Source of the DNA: an uncultured Bacteroidales bacterium
Lineage (GTDB): Bacteria; Bacteroidota; Bacteroidia; Bacteroidales; VadinHA17
Direction: 5' to 3'
NCBI GenBank assembly: GCA_963843635.1
Contig: CAWJLF010000007.1
Span: 65,570 to 129,569 of the forward strand
DNA: 64,000 nucleotides
Shown here: positions 50,641 to 59,709 of the stretch, piece by piece
Numbering within the stretch: the first letter of the stretch is position 1
How the letters are laid out: every line of letters begins with the position of its first letter
Program-made: the position numbers and the translations under genes
The notes under the pieces: generated by a model
Seen by the model: the letters and a program-made list of their open reading frames with translations, nothing else
Databases searched by the model: none
What the model was told of the DNA's origin: nothing

Positions 50641-52626
50641 TTATTTTAAAACTTTAATACGAATAACGGAAAATGAATATCCTGCCAGTACGCGACTTAA
50701 ATTTTTCCCTTTAAGTGCAATTTCACTGTCAACCGGACTTATCAGGGTTGGTTGCTCCAGCGAATTGACCATATTAGGGTCTTCACTTTTCAAAACTTCC
50801 ATTTTAGCCAAAGTTCCCAGCTTTTCAGAGCTTTTAAAAACGATATCAACGTGTTGAGCTTTTTGACCCGTATTGACCAGTTTAAGGATAATCTCATTTG
50901 AATCATTATCGATGGCAGCTGTTGCATAAATCCCGTTCTGTCCGGTAAGAGGTGCATTATTCAGGGTCATATTCAATACACTACTTCCCCTGTTTGTGGA
51001 GAACATCTTCTGAACATAGTAATTTGGAGTGCCGAAAGAAGTAAGGTTATTAAACCATATCAGGTCAGGCGTCCACTGCCATGCATCGATATTAGCAAAT
51101 AACGGAGCATAAGAACACATATAAACCACATCGGCATTCCGCTCAAGTCCAGTCATTAAAGCTGCCTCTGAAAGGGCACATTCCCAGGTGTTTTTATTTT
51201 CAGGACTGCCTGTATATTTACTCTGGGCCGCATATTCTCCGGCAAATACTTTATAACCATTACGGTCATATGAGTCATACCTTGTCGCATTTTCACGAAA
51301 CCATGAAGGAGAGCTGTAGTAATGTTCATCAACAACATAAGGGTTCAATCCTTTCAAAGCCTCCTGCGCATAATCAAACAGATCACCATCAGGCGAAGGG
51401 CCTGTTCCGGAAACCAGCCTGATTTCCGGGTATTTCTCTCTTATAGCTTTTTCAAACAGCACATATCTTTCAAAATATTGAGGGCCCCACTGCTCATTTC
51501 CTATGCCAAGATATTTCATATTAAATGGTTCCGGATGTCCCATCTGAGATCTTATCTTGCCCCATTTTGTGTCGGGAGCTCCATTGGCAAACTCCACCAG
51601 GTCAAGTGCATCCTGAATATAAGGATCGATTTCATCAATTTCTGCTACCTCCGCACTGTTAAACTGGCAGGCCATGCCACAATTCAATACAGGAAGCGGT
51701 TCTGCACCAATGTCTTCTGCCAGTTGAAAGTATTCAAAAAAACCAAGTCCAAAGGACTGGTAATAATCAGGAGTGAGGCGATGTGCAAATTCAGTATTCC
51801 ACCTGTTAATGATGGTTTTACGGGAGTCAACATCTCCAATAGTTTTCTTCCACTGGTAACGAAGATCAAGGTTATAACCCTCAACAATACAACCACCGGG
51901 AAACCTTATGAAACCCGGTTTCATATCAGCAAGCAGTTGTACCAGGTCGGCCCGCAACCCGTTTGGACGACCTTTCCAGATATCTTCCGGAAACAGAGAG
52001 ACCATGTCAATGTCTATTGAACCGGATCCTTCAAACCAAATCCTCAGGGAACCCTTAAAATCCGATTCTGAAGATAAAAAAGAGGTAGTATACTTTCTCC
52101 ACTCTTTTCCCCCTGGCACTATTTCAGCTCCTCCTGTCTTTTCTCCTTTCTGATTAAGAAGTTCAACCTTAATTGTGATATTGCTGCCTTCACGAAGAGA
52201 TGCCTGTATTGAGAAGTTATACTTATTGTTCTGTTTGATTCCCATACCCCTGAAGCCATAGTTTGTTATTGAGAACTTTTTGATTCCTGGTTCAAGAGTT
52301 ACCCGGGCAAAACGAGGGTTATCAGGATTTTCATCTTTCCTGTTATGGATGACAAAATGGGATGAATCGCTGCTTGCAACGTCCACTTTCCAGCCAGCTA
52401 ATGGCTTGTAGAATTCAAATGACCGATTTTTTACCATCTCAGCATACAGGCCTCCATCAGCGCCAAAATTGATATCTTCAAAGAAGATTCCCCACATTGT
52501 CGGTTGGATAGACGACAAAGGCTTATCCACATCTACAATAATTGGCTTGTCATTCTGTGCACTCCCTGTTAAAGAGAGGAAAAGCAATGCAAGAAGCAAC
52601 AGGTCAGGAATAAGTTTGTTTTTCAT
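50641..52626 (-). CDS. GH51-type alpha-L-arabinofuranosidase
   Basis: 661 aa with a signal peptide. It has MWGIFFEDINFGADGGLYAEMVKNRSFEF, RFPGGCIVEG, GIGNEQWG (acid/base Glu context) and a C-terminal beta-sandwich. Confidence 0.7.
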   Translation of the reverse strand: MKNKLIPDLLLLALLFLSLTGSAQNDKPIIVDVDKPLSSIQPTMWGIFFEDINFGADGGLYAEMVKNRSFEFYKPLAGWKVDVASSDSSHFVIHNRKDENPDNPRFARVTLEPGIKKFSITNYGFRGMGIKQNNKYNFSIQASLREGSNITIKVELLNQKGEKTGGAEIVPGGKEWRKYTTSFLSSESDFKGSLRIWFEGSGSIDIDMVSLFPEDIWKGRPNGLRADLVQLLADMKPGFIRFPGGCIVEGYNLDLRYQWKKTIGDVDSRKTIINRWNTEFAHRLTPDYYQSFGLGFFEYFQLAEDIGAEPLPVLNCGMACQFNSAEVAEIDEIDPYIQDALDLVEFANGAPDTKWGKIRSQMGHPEPFNMKYLGIGNEQWGPQYFERYVLFEKAIREKYPEIRLVSGTGPSPDGDLFDYAQEALKGLNPYVVDEHYYSSPSWFRENATRYDSYDRNGYKVFAGEYAAQSKYTGSPENKNTWECALSEAALMTGLERNADVVYMCSYAPLFANIDAWQWTPDLIWFNNLTSFGTPNYYVQKMFSTNRGSSVLNMTLNNAPLTGQNGIYATAAIDNDSNEIILKLVNTGQKAQHVDIVFKSSEKLGTLAKMEVLKSEDPNMVNSLEQPTLISPVDSEIALKGKNLSRVLAGYSFSVIRIKVLK

Positions 52627-52636
52627 TGCTTAAGCA

Positions 52637-54010
52637 TTAGTGTATCCTGTATAATCCGGCTCCATGCAGACCGATAGTCCTGACAAGTGAGTCCTTGAAA
52701 TTTCCCAGGTTCTCGCCAGTCCAAAGGTCATTTACCGAATGTGTCCCCATTAATCCAAGTTGCTTAAATTTAACTGAAATATCAGCTGATCCGGATGAAT
52801 CACGGGCATTAAACAGTGCCAGGTATTTGTCACCTGTCAGCGGGTCATCGGCTGTCCATGCAATAAGGTCATTCTCCCTGAAAAGCTGTTTGCCGTTAAT
52901 ACTATGCTGATTCACTTCCAGAACATTTTTATTGGTGATAAGCGATAAAGTAAAATCATCGTTTCCCGGCAGGTCGCCACCAAACATGAGAGGTGAACGG
53001 AATATAGCAAACAGGGTCATTAAGGTATATTGTTCGTCTCGTGTAAAATTGCTCATCCTGTCTGATCCTCTTTCAGCCCTTATTCCTATATGACCAAAAG
53101 GCAACATATCACCATCAGGCCACGTACCTCGTGCAACATAAGGTGACCATTTTTCCAGTACTGAAAACTCTTCCTTCAGTTGTGGCCAGTTGTCCCACAG
53201 ATCCCCGACAGTTCGCCACATGTTAGCATTCTTTCTGATATGATCTACTTCATCAATTGGTGTGGGTCCCGGGGAAGTACTAAGAACCATCTTCCTCCCT
53301 GTGTTATCAATAGCCTTGCGAATCATTTCTATCTCTTCGGCATGATAAGGGGATGACAGATCATCAATTTTCAGGAAATCGACACCCCAGGAGGCATAAA
53401 GATTCATTATTGAATTATAGTAATCCTGTGCTCCTTTTTTTAAATAATCTACCGTGTACATATCTTTCAGCCACCTGCACTGACCATCCGGTGAATAAAT
53501 ATCTTTGGCAGTGATATGTGTACCCAAAACCGGAAGGCTGTCCCTTACTGCAATGACCGGGACTCCCCGCATAACGTGGATCCCGAATTTGAGGCCTTTA
53601 CTATGAATGTAATCTGCAATGGGCTTGAAACCTTTTCCATCAGCTGATGAGGGGAAACGGTTTACAGCAGGCAAAAATCGTCCATAATTATCAATATTGT
53701 AAACCGGATCCTTTTCGTTGTAACCTCCTGATTTATCGTTTGCCACATACCACCTTATATCCACCACTATATATTGCCATCCAAAATCTTTCAGATGCTC
53801 AGCCATATAATCGGCATTAGCTTTTACCTCCGATTCAACAATAGTTGGACCATAACAATCCCAGCTGTTCCATCCCATGGGGGGGGTGTTCGCCCAGCTA
53901 TAAAATGGAAATCCCGTTTCAGAAGTAATACCAGAAGATTTTTTTGGCTTACACCCGGTTAAAAAGAGCATTAAGATCAAAAGAACAGTCAGGTTTTTCA
54001 TATCTGGCAT
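52637..54010 (-). CDS. GH27 alpha-galactosidase
   Basis: It has a lipoprotein signal, then PPMGWNSWDCYG, YIVVDIRW and FLKIDD, which are classic GH27 blocks. Confidence 0.85.
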   Translation of the reverse strand: MPDMKNLTVLLILMLFLTGCKPKKSSGITSETGFPFYSWANTPPMGWNSWDCYGPTIVESEVKANADYMAEHLKDFGWQYIVVDIRWYVANDKSGGYNEKDPVYNIDNYGRFLPAVNRFPSSADGKGFKPIADYIHSKGLKFGIHVMRGVPVIAVRDSLPVLGTHITAKDIYSPDGQCRWLKDMYTVDYLKKGAQDYYNSIMNLYASWGVDFLKIDDLSSPYHAEEIEMIRKAIDNTGRKMVLSTSPGPTPIDEVDHIRKNANMWRTVGDLWDNWPQLKEEFSVLEKWSPYVARGTWPDGDMLPFGHIGIRAERGSDRMSNFTRDEQYTLMTLFAIFRSPLMFGGDLPGNDDFTLSLITNKNVLEVNQHSINGKQLFRENDLIAWTADDPLTGDKYLALFNARDSSGSADISVKFKQLGLMGTHSVNDLWTGENLGNFKDSLVRTIGLHGAGLYRIH

Positions 54011-54094
54011 AAGTTATTTTTAATTTATAAAAGAAGAACTAAGCCCTTCGGGTAGACTGTTGAAAAAAATCAACGTTAAGGTCTCAAGGATTAA

Positions 54095-55174
54095 CTAATT
54101 CAAAGGAAGTCTATACCACTTTTCAGCATTCTTAAAATATATTTTATCGATTACCTCTTTGGGCAGCTGTAATCCTTCAAAATCACCTTTAAATGCATCT
54201 GTTGTCAATACATCTTTCGTTGTGAAATATTTCCAGTCCTCAAGCCAAGTCCTGTGTATATAATCTGATGTTCCAATGGAATCGCTGTTTTCTCCTACAC
54301 TCAGATCAGTACCGTATAACAGCCTGTCCTGGTATTTAATACAGAAATTACGGACTCGTTCCCTGTCTAAAGCCGACTGGTATTGCAGGTGACAGATACG
54401 TGCCGCCATATCAACTGCCATATTAGGATACCTGTCAAGGCGAATGGCCAGTGAATCAACATTCCATTCAAGGCTCCCCAGATGGCACCCGATAAAAGAC
54501 AGGTCCGGATGATTTTGCAGCATATGATCCCGTGCATTGATCTGGTCTTCATAGCTTGGATATTCCGGATGAAGAAACATGTGATACTGTGGATTCTCCG
54601 CAAAATAACTACTGTCTCCTCTCACTGTCATCTCACTTAATGGAAGCCAGCAGTTGCGGGGCTCGCCAAGATGACCTGTGACAGGCAGCCCTCTGTTTAC
54701 AATAAAATCTATTACAGGGTCCAGTCCGGGATCATCGACCATAATGAACCTGCCATTTCTGTCTCTTTCAGTCATCCCGATATTCTTCCATATCTTAACA
54801 GTAACGGCTCCTCCTTTTATCGCATTTTCAAGGTTCAGAATCACTTTTTTAGCCCAGTTATCTGTTCCCCAGCCTGTTGTATCGAAGTAAAAGGTTGCAC
54901 CATAAAAGACTCTGCCAGGGTATTTCCTAATAGAGACCAATGACTCTTCAAGCTGTTTTTCCACGGCTAAAGAATCGGAATGATCCACGTTAAGTGTCAA
55001 CAAAATAAAATTATCCTTAATAGCCTGGTTTTCAAATATTCCGTTTTCACTATTAATATGGACATGAGAATCTACTTTTTTAATGGTACGAAAATCATTA
55101 AGAGTATAATAATTACTATTGCATCCGCTTGTAACGAGCACTGTGCAAAACAGGTAAAAGAGCTTCTTGATCAT
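54095..55174 (-). CDS. exported amidohydrolase-superfamily protein (amidohydrolase-2-like)
   Basis: It has a lipoprotein signal (LFCTVLVTSGC), KVDSHVHIN metal-binding His residues and a later GCHLG...D pattern. Confidence 0.55.
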   Translation of the reverse strand: MIKKLFYLFCTVLVTSGCNSNYYTLNDFRTIKKVDSHVHINSENGIFENQAIKDNFILLTLNVDHSDSLAVEKQLEESLVSIRKYPGRVFYGATFYFDTTGWGTDNWAKKVILNLENAIKGGAVTVKIWKNIGMTERDRNGRFIMVDDPGLDPVIDFIVNRGLPVTGHLGEPRNCWLPLSEMTVRGDSSYFAENPQYHMFLHPEYPSYEDQINARDHMLQNHPDLSFIGCHLGSLEWNVDSLAIRLDRYPNMAVDMAARICHLQYQSALDRERVRNFCIKYQDRLLYGTDLSVGENSDSIGTSDYIHRTWLEDWKYFTTKDVLTTDAFKGDFEGLQLPKEVIDKIYFKNAEKWYRLPLN

Positions 55175-55280
55175 TGTATCTGATTTGATTGACAGTCATA
55201 AATATACAATAATAAAAGAGATCGCAAAAATTAGTTCTGCGATCTCTTATTAAAAAAATAAAAATTATAATTAACTGATT

Positions 55281-56162
55281 TTACTCAGTTTTTGGCATTA
55301 CCACATAAGGTGCATTATTGAGAAATTCCAGGCTCTGCTGGCAGCTTGTGAACTCATCAGTAGTGTATTCTTCAACCTCTACCACTCCGTATTTCATTCC
55401 TGACTTTTCTGCTCCGGCCCAGATGGCTTTCCAGTCCATCATAGTACCTTCACCACCAACTTCATATTTATCTTTAATATGCCATAGTTCAAAACGACCA
55501 GGATATTTATTGAAATAATCTATCGGGTTAGCGCCTCCCATTACAGTCCAATAAAGGTCCATTTCAAAAGTCACTTTTGAGGGATCTGTATTCTCAAGCA
55601 TAACATCATATATTGTCTGACCGTCAAGCTTCGTAGAGAATTCCATGTCATGATTATGATAGCCAAAACGTATACCTTTTGCATTGCATTTATCTCCGAT
55701 TGCATTAAAATAATTACAATAGAGCATTAGGGTATCAAGGCTTCTGTAAGCTTCCGCACCCATGAATGGCTGAATAATGAACTTTGCCCCAGCCTGGGCA
55801 TGAGCATCAATGCATGTGTCCCACCAGGCCATTACTTCATCCCAATGAGCAGAATCAGGGAGTGCCTGGCCTGTATGTGAGCTAATCATTGGTAAATTGT
55901 TCTTATCGAGGAGAGCTTTGAAATCAGCAGGTTCCATACCATAGAATTTCCCATTATTGTAACCGGCTGGTTCCACAAACTTGTAACCCATTTCGCCAAC
56001 CTTAGCAATCGCTCCTGGAACATCTCTCATAATGGAATCACGTATGGAATACAATTGTAATCCAATGAATTTACTGGAAGGTTTACATGAATAGAATGTA
56101 GTTGATACAAATCCTGCAACTACCAGCAACAGGACAATTGAAATGATGCTTCTTTTTTTCAT
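55281..56162 (-). CDS. exported xylose-isomerase-like TIM-barrel protein (sugar phosphate isomerase/epimerase family)
   Basis: It has a signal peptide, then IGLQLYSIRD, GYKFVEPAG, FGYHNHDMEF and ELWHIKD, typical of the AP-endonuclease-2/xylose-isomerase-like fold. Confidence 0.8.
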   Translation of the reverse strand: MKKRSIISIVLLLVVAGFVSTTFYSCKPSSKFIGLQLYSIRDSIMRDVPGAIAKVGEMGYKFVEPAGYNNGKFYGMEPADFKALLDKNNLPMISSHTGQALPDSAHWDEVMAWWDTCIDAHAQAGAKFIIQPFMGAEAYRSLDTLMLYCNYFNAIGDKCNAKGIRFGYHNHDMEFSTKLDGQTIYDVMLENTDPSKVTFEMDLYWTVMGGANPIDYFNKYPGRFELWHIKDKYEVGGEGTMMDWKAIWAGAEKSGMKYGVVEVEEYTTDEFTSCQQSLEFLNNAPYVVMPKTE

Positions 56163-56338
56163 TTTTGATCAGGTTTAAAATTATATGATTAAGTATAAAT
56201 AGGATTTAAAATATTCAGTATCAGTATTCCCCGGAATTATGCCAGATTTCCTGTAAAAGTAAGAATTATTTCATTCCATCCAAAAGGCAGGTCTTAATAC
56301 GTTTTCATCTCTCATCCATATTGCCAGAATAATATGTT

Positions 56339-59300
56339 TTACTCGGCAAGAAACTTAAGTTCCGGTATAAGGATCGGCTTATTTCTTTCAGCCCTGAAGA
56401 CAGGTTTATTGGTCTGATTATCATGCCTGTCATCTATTTGTCCTGTGGCTTTTACCTGGACAACATACGGATTCATCTTGCTTATGAATGTAAGTGCTCG
56501 TTGCTTTGCCACATCAGAAAACGTTTTATAAACAGGATAGACAAGTGCTATCAGTTCCGTAAGGTCGTTGCTTTTTGAAGTTTTGGTTCCCTTCGGGTAA
56601 GATTCATTGGTATTTAAGACTGAATATACCACTGTACCACCTGACGGAATCCAGTTTAACCAGTTCATTTCATCACCTGCATCCTTTTCACTTCCATTCT
56701 TTATTACAGCCTCAGCATAATACTTCCTTAAACCTTCCTTGAACGGATCTGGTAACTTTGTGCTGCTAATATAGCTGAGAATCAACCTGCATTTATTAAA
56801 ATGATCAACATTATAATTATAATCATCAAAACTGATCCTCCCTTTATTATTAAGCAACTGCCTTGTCATAATATTAACAAGCGCTTTTAGTTCAATAGAG
56901 CTTGAGTCAACTGAAGGATTATTAATTAATAGATACTCTCTTATCTTTTGACTATACTCTTTAATTCCACCTTTGCCAAAATCAATGTTTTCTGATGAGA
57001 TTTTTATCTCACGCCGTGTCTCTTCCACCCTGTCTGATTTTATTACCAGCCGGTCCACCTCATTTCGACCTTCCGCATCAAGAAGTGGCTCTGATAAAAA
57101 AGAGGTATCAGGACTGACCTCCAGGGCTTCAATATCAACCGCACCGGAAGCCAGACCACTTGAATAAACAGTCACATGAATTATTCCGGGTTTTCCTGTT
57201 GATCTTATCACATTTGATACCGGCATACCTATATAACCTATCCCTTCAATTTTGTTTGTTTTATCTATTTCTGATTCATATACCGGCGGTCCCACAAGTG
57301 TACCCGGACCGGTTATTTCCCATTTTACAATATTATCAGCTCCGCGGACATGATTATCAGAACTGTCTGTAATATCTGCCGTGATAATTGCAATAGAAGC
57401 TCTGTCTGCAGGAAATTTTGAGTGTGAAGAGGAGACCCTGACCCTTGCAGGTTCTCCTTCCATGAAAACTTTATCAGTGATTGAATTACCTTTTTTTGTG
57501 CCCGTGGCTGAGAGGATGCCCTTACTAATAGTTATATCCTTAAAGATGACACGATGCATGTTTGCATCATTGGGTACCTTAGAAGCAAGAATATTACCGT
57601 CGACCATTAACTCAACCTTATCACAATTTGAATATACGACAATGTCCCTTTTCTGTCCCAGGTACTTTGACTGCCAGTAATGAGGCTCTGTAAATACCAT
57701 GGGTTTATCAGTAAAGTTAGCCTGCCAGAAATAATAAGCATATTTTGGAACCCTGTACATGTCAATCAGGCCTGAAGGATCGACATGCTGAAGGGTGGAA
57801 TTACGGAAAATCTGTCCTGAACCATAATCTTCATAGGCCCGTATACACTGATTATCAGTGAGTTTAAAGCCTCTGGCCATCATGCATTGAGGCTGATAAT
57901 TTTCAGGTATGCAGGACCGATAACTTAAGGAATCTTCCCCAGGATCATCACTGGCAATCCACCCCCTGATAGCACGGCAGGAAAGGCTGTCAAAAGACAT
58001 ATTTTTCTCAGTGATTTTTACTAAATCACCCAATGAACTACCTGTTACTGACTGGGAGGCAATAATCCTTGTATTATCTTCAGCCTCAACGATTTTGGAA
58101 TTAACAGCATGATCACTGTTATTTCCAATGCTCCAGAAAATGATACAGGGATGATTCCTGTCACGCCTTACCATCTCCTTCGTCTGCAATTCCTGTATAT
58201 CAGTTCCGAATGCCTGGTTATTGATACAAGGAGATTCTTCCACTACTACGAGTCCGTATTTGTCTGCCAGATCATAAACATCTTTATTCCCGGGATAATA
58301 AGAGGTCCTGAGAAAATTAAAGTTCAGCTTACCCGAAAGGTCACTTATATCCTTTTCAGTAATCCACTTGCTTACAGCTCCTCCAATCCAGGGGTATTCG
58401 CCAATGTATCCACCGCCATGAAGATTGATTTTATTTCCATTTAACAACAGGCTGTTGTCTTTATAATCCCAGCTGTACCATCTGAATCCAAATTTGCTTA
58501 TATATCGGTCAACAACTTTCCTGTCAATCATAACCTCAGATGATACCGTATATAAATAAGGACTATCAGGCGACCACAGATTTGGTTTTCTCACTGGTCT
58601 CAGGAGCTGATCATATTCATAAATATCACCGGGTGCAATTGTTTCGGTATTTCTGACGATCTGAATTATCTTACCTGAAGCTTCGTAAAGTGTTGTTTGA
58701 AGTGTACAGCCTTTACTTTCTTTACCATCATTCTTAACCCATGTTTTAATCCTGGCAATCCCCTCTTTTTCAGATACGGAAGGGGTAGTTATAAAAGTAC
58801 CTCCCTCATGTGAGGCAGATCCCTGCATTGGTATATAAACGTTATTACACAGTTTAAGCGTAACATCACGGTAAATACCTCCGTAAATATCAAAATTCCC
58901 CGGAACCATTGGCGGAATATTATACTTATCGTTCTGCAGATTGTTTACAGCCACGGCAATAACATTATCCCCGTTTCTTTTTAGATATGGGGTCAGATCA
59001 AAATCGAAAGCCCCGTAGCCACCTTTATGATCACCAAGGTAATTGCCATTAATCCAAATTTTGCAATATTTCTGAACACCATCAAACTGAATAAACACTT
59101 TTCTGTCTGCTATATCCCTTTCTATTTTAAAGTGTTTACGGTACCATCCCCAGCCAATCCACCAGTATGGATTATCACTCTCAGAAGCATTTCCTATGAA
59201 TGGATGCAATTCACCGGTGGTCTCATAAGTATTCCATGTATGTGGAATACTTACGACAGGCCAGGCTGAATCATCAAACCCGGGCGATTCATACCCATCA

Positions 59301-59461
59301 TCAGCTGTTTCACCGGGAAAATAATTGAAAGTCCACTGCGAATTAATAATCTGTTCCGGCCTCTGATCTTCCAGGCCCTGAGCCGACAAGTTTTGATCAT
59401 TGACTATATAAAAAATACAAGCAGAAAAAACAAAAAGAATCAACACTCTTATTTTCAGCAT
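56339..59461 (-). CDS. GH2 family glycosidase (beta-galactosidase/glucuronidase-like) with a long C-terminal extension
   Basis: 1040 aa. It has a GH2 sugar-binding N-terminal domain (FDDSAWPVVSIPHTWN), an Ig-like domain and a TIM barrel (NHPCIIFWSIGNN). About 350 further residues are of unknown function. Confidence 0.75.
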   Translation of the reverse strand: MLKIRVLILFVFSACIFYIVNDQNLSAQGLEDQRPEQIINSQWTFNYFPGETADDGYESPGFDDSAWPVVSIPHTWNTYETTGELHPFIGNASESDNPYWWIGWGWYRKHFKIERDIADRKVFIQFDGVQKYCKIWINGNYLGDHKGGYGAFDFDLTPYLKRNGDNVIAVAVNNLQNDKYNIPPMVPGNFDIYGGIYRDVTLKLCNNVYIPMQGSASHEGGTFITTPSVSEKEGIARIKTWVKNDGKESKGCTLQTTLYEASGKIIQIVRNTETIAPGDIYEYDQLLRPVRKPNLWSPDSPYLYTVSSEVMIDRKVVDRYISKFGFRWYSWDYKDNSLLLNGNKINLHGGGYIGEYPWIGGAVSKWITEKDISDLSGKLNFNFLRTSYYPGNKDVYDLADKYGLVVVEESPCINNQAFGTDIQELQTKEMVRRDRNHPCIIFWSIGNNSDHAVNSKIVEAEDNTRIIASQSVTGSSLGDLVKITEKNMSFDSLSCRAIRGWIASDDPGEDSLSYRSCIPENYQPQCMMARGFKLTDNQCIRAYEDYGSGQIFRNSTLQHVDPSGLIDMYRVPKYAYYFWQANFTDKPMVFTEPHYWQSKYLGQKRDIVVYSNCDKVELMVDGNILASKVPNDANMHRVIFKDITISKGILSATGTKKGNSITDKVFMEGEPARVRVSSSHSKFPADRASIAIITADITDSSDNHVRGADNIVKWEITGPGTLVGPPVYESEIDKTNKIEGIGYIGMPVSNVIRSTGKPGIIHVTVYSSGLASGAVDIEALEVSPDTSFLSEPLLDAEGRNEVDRLVIKSDRVEETRREIKISSENIDFGKGGIKEYSQKIREYLLINNPSVDSSSIELKALVNIMTRQLLNNKGRISFDDYNYNVDHFNKCRLILSYISSTKLPDPFKEGLRKYYAEAVIKNGSEKDAGDEMNWLNWIPSGGTVVYSVLNTNESYPKGTKTSKSNDLTELIALVYPVYKTFSDVAKQRALTFISKMNPYVVQVKATGQIDDRHDNQTNKPVFRAERNKPILIPELKFLAE

Positions 59462-59709
59462 ATTATGAAATTTGTTTATTTAGTACTAATATATGAAATT
59501 ATTGTTATATGCTGGTACTGACAGGGAATTTTACGCATATTTTAAAACATTTAAGGGTTAAAAAAAAGATTTACATATTTTTGAAATTCAAAGACGATCA
59601 AAGTCGTGGATACTTTTTGTATGGCATTGCCTGCTAACAGCAGTTTTCTTAAATTAGGGGATAAATTTATACCCTGGAGATCCAGTACATATTTTTAAAA
59701 TATATATTA

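Noticed and set aside
51322-52020. 232-aa ORF antisense to the GH51 gene, and similar long antisense ORFs (330..764, 4926..5384, 16624..17202, 29394..29780, 15590..15943, 22636..23004)
   Set aside because: Each is fully embedded antisense in a gene with strong family motifs. Each has a low-complexity or odd composition and no recognisable domain. Such shadow ORFs are expected by chance opposite long genes.
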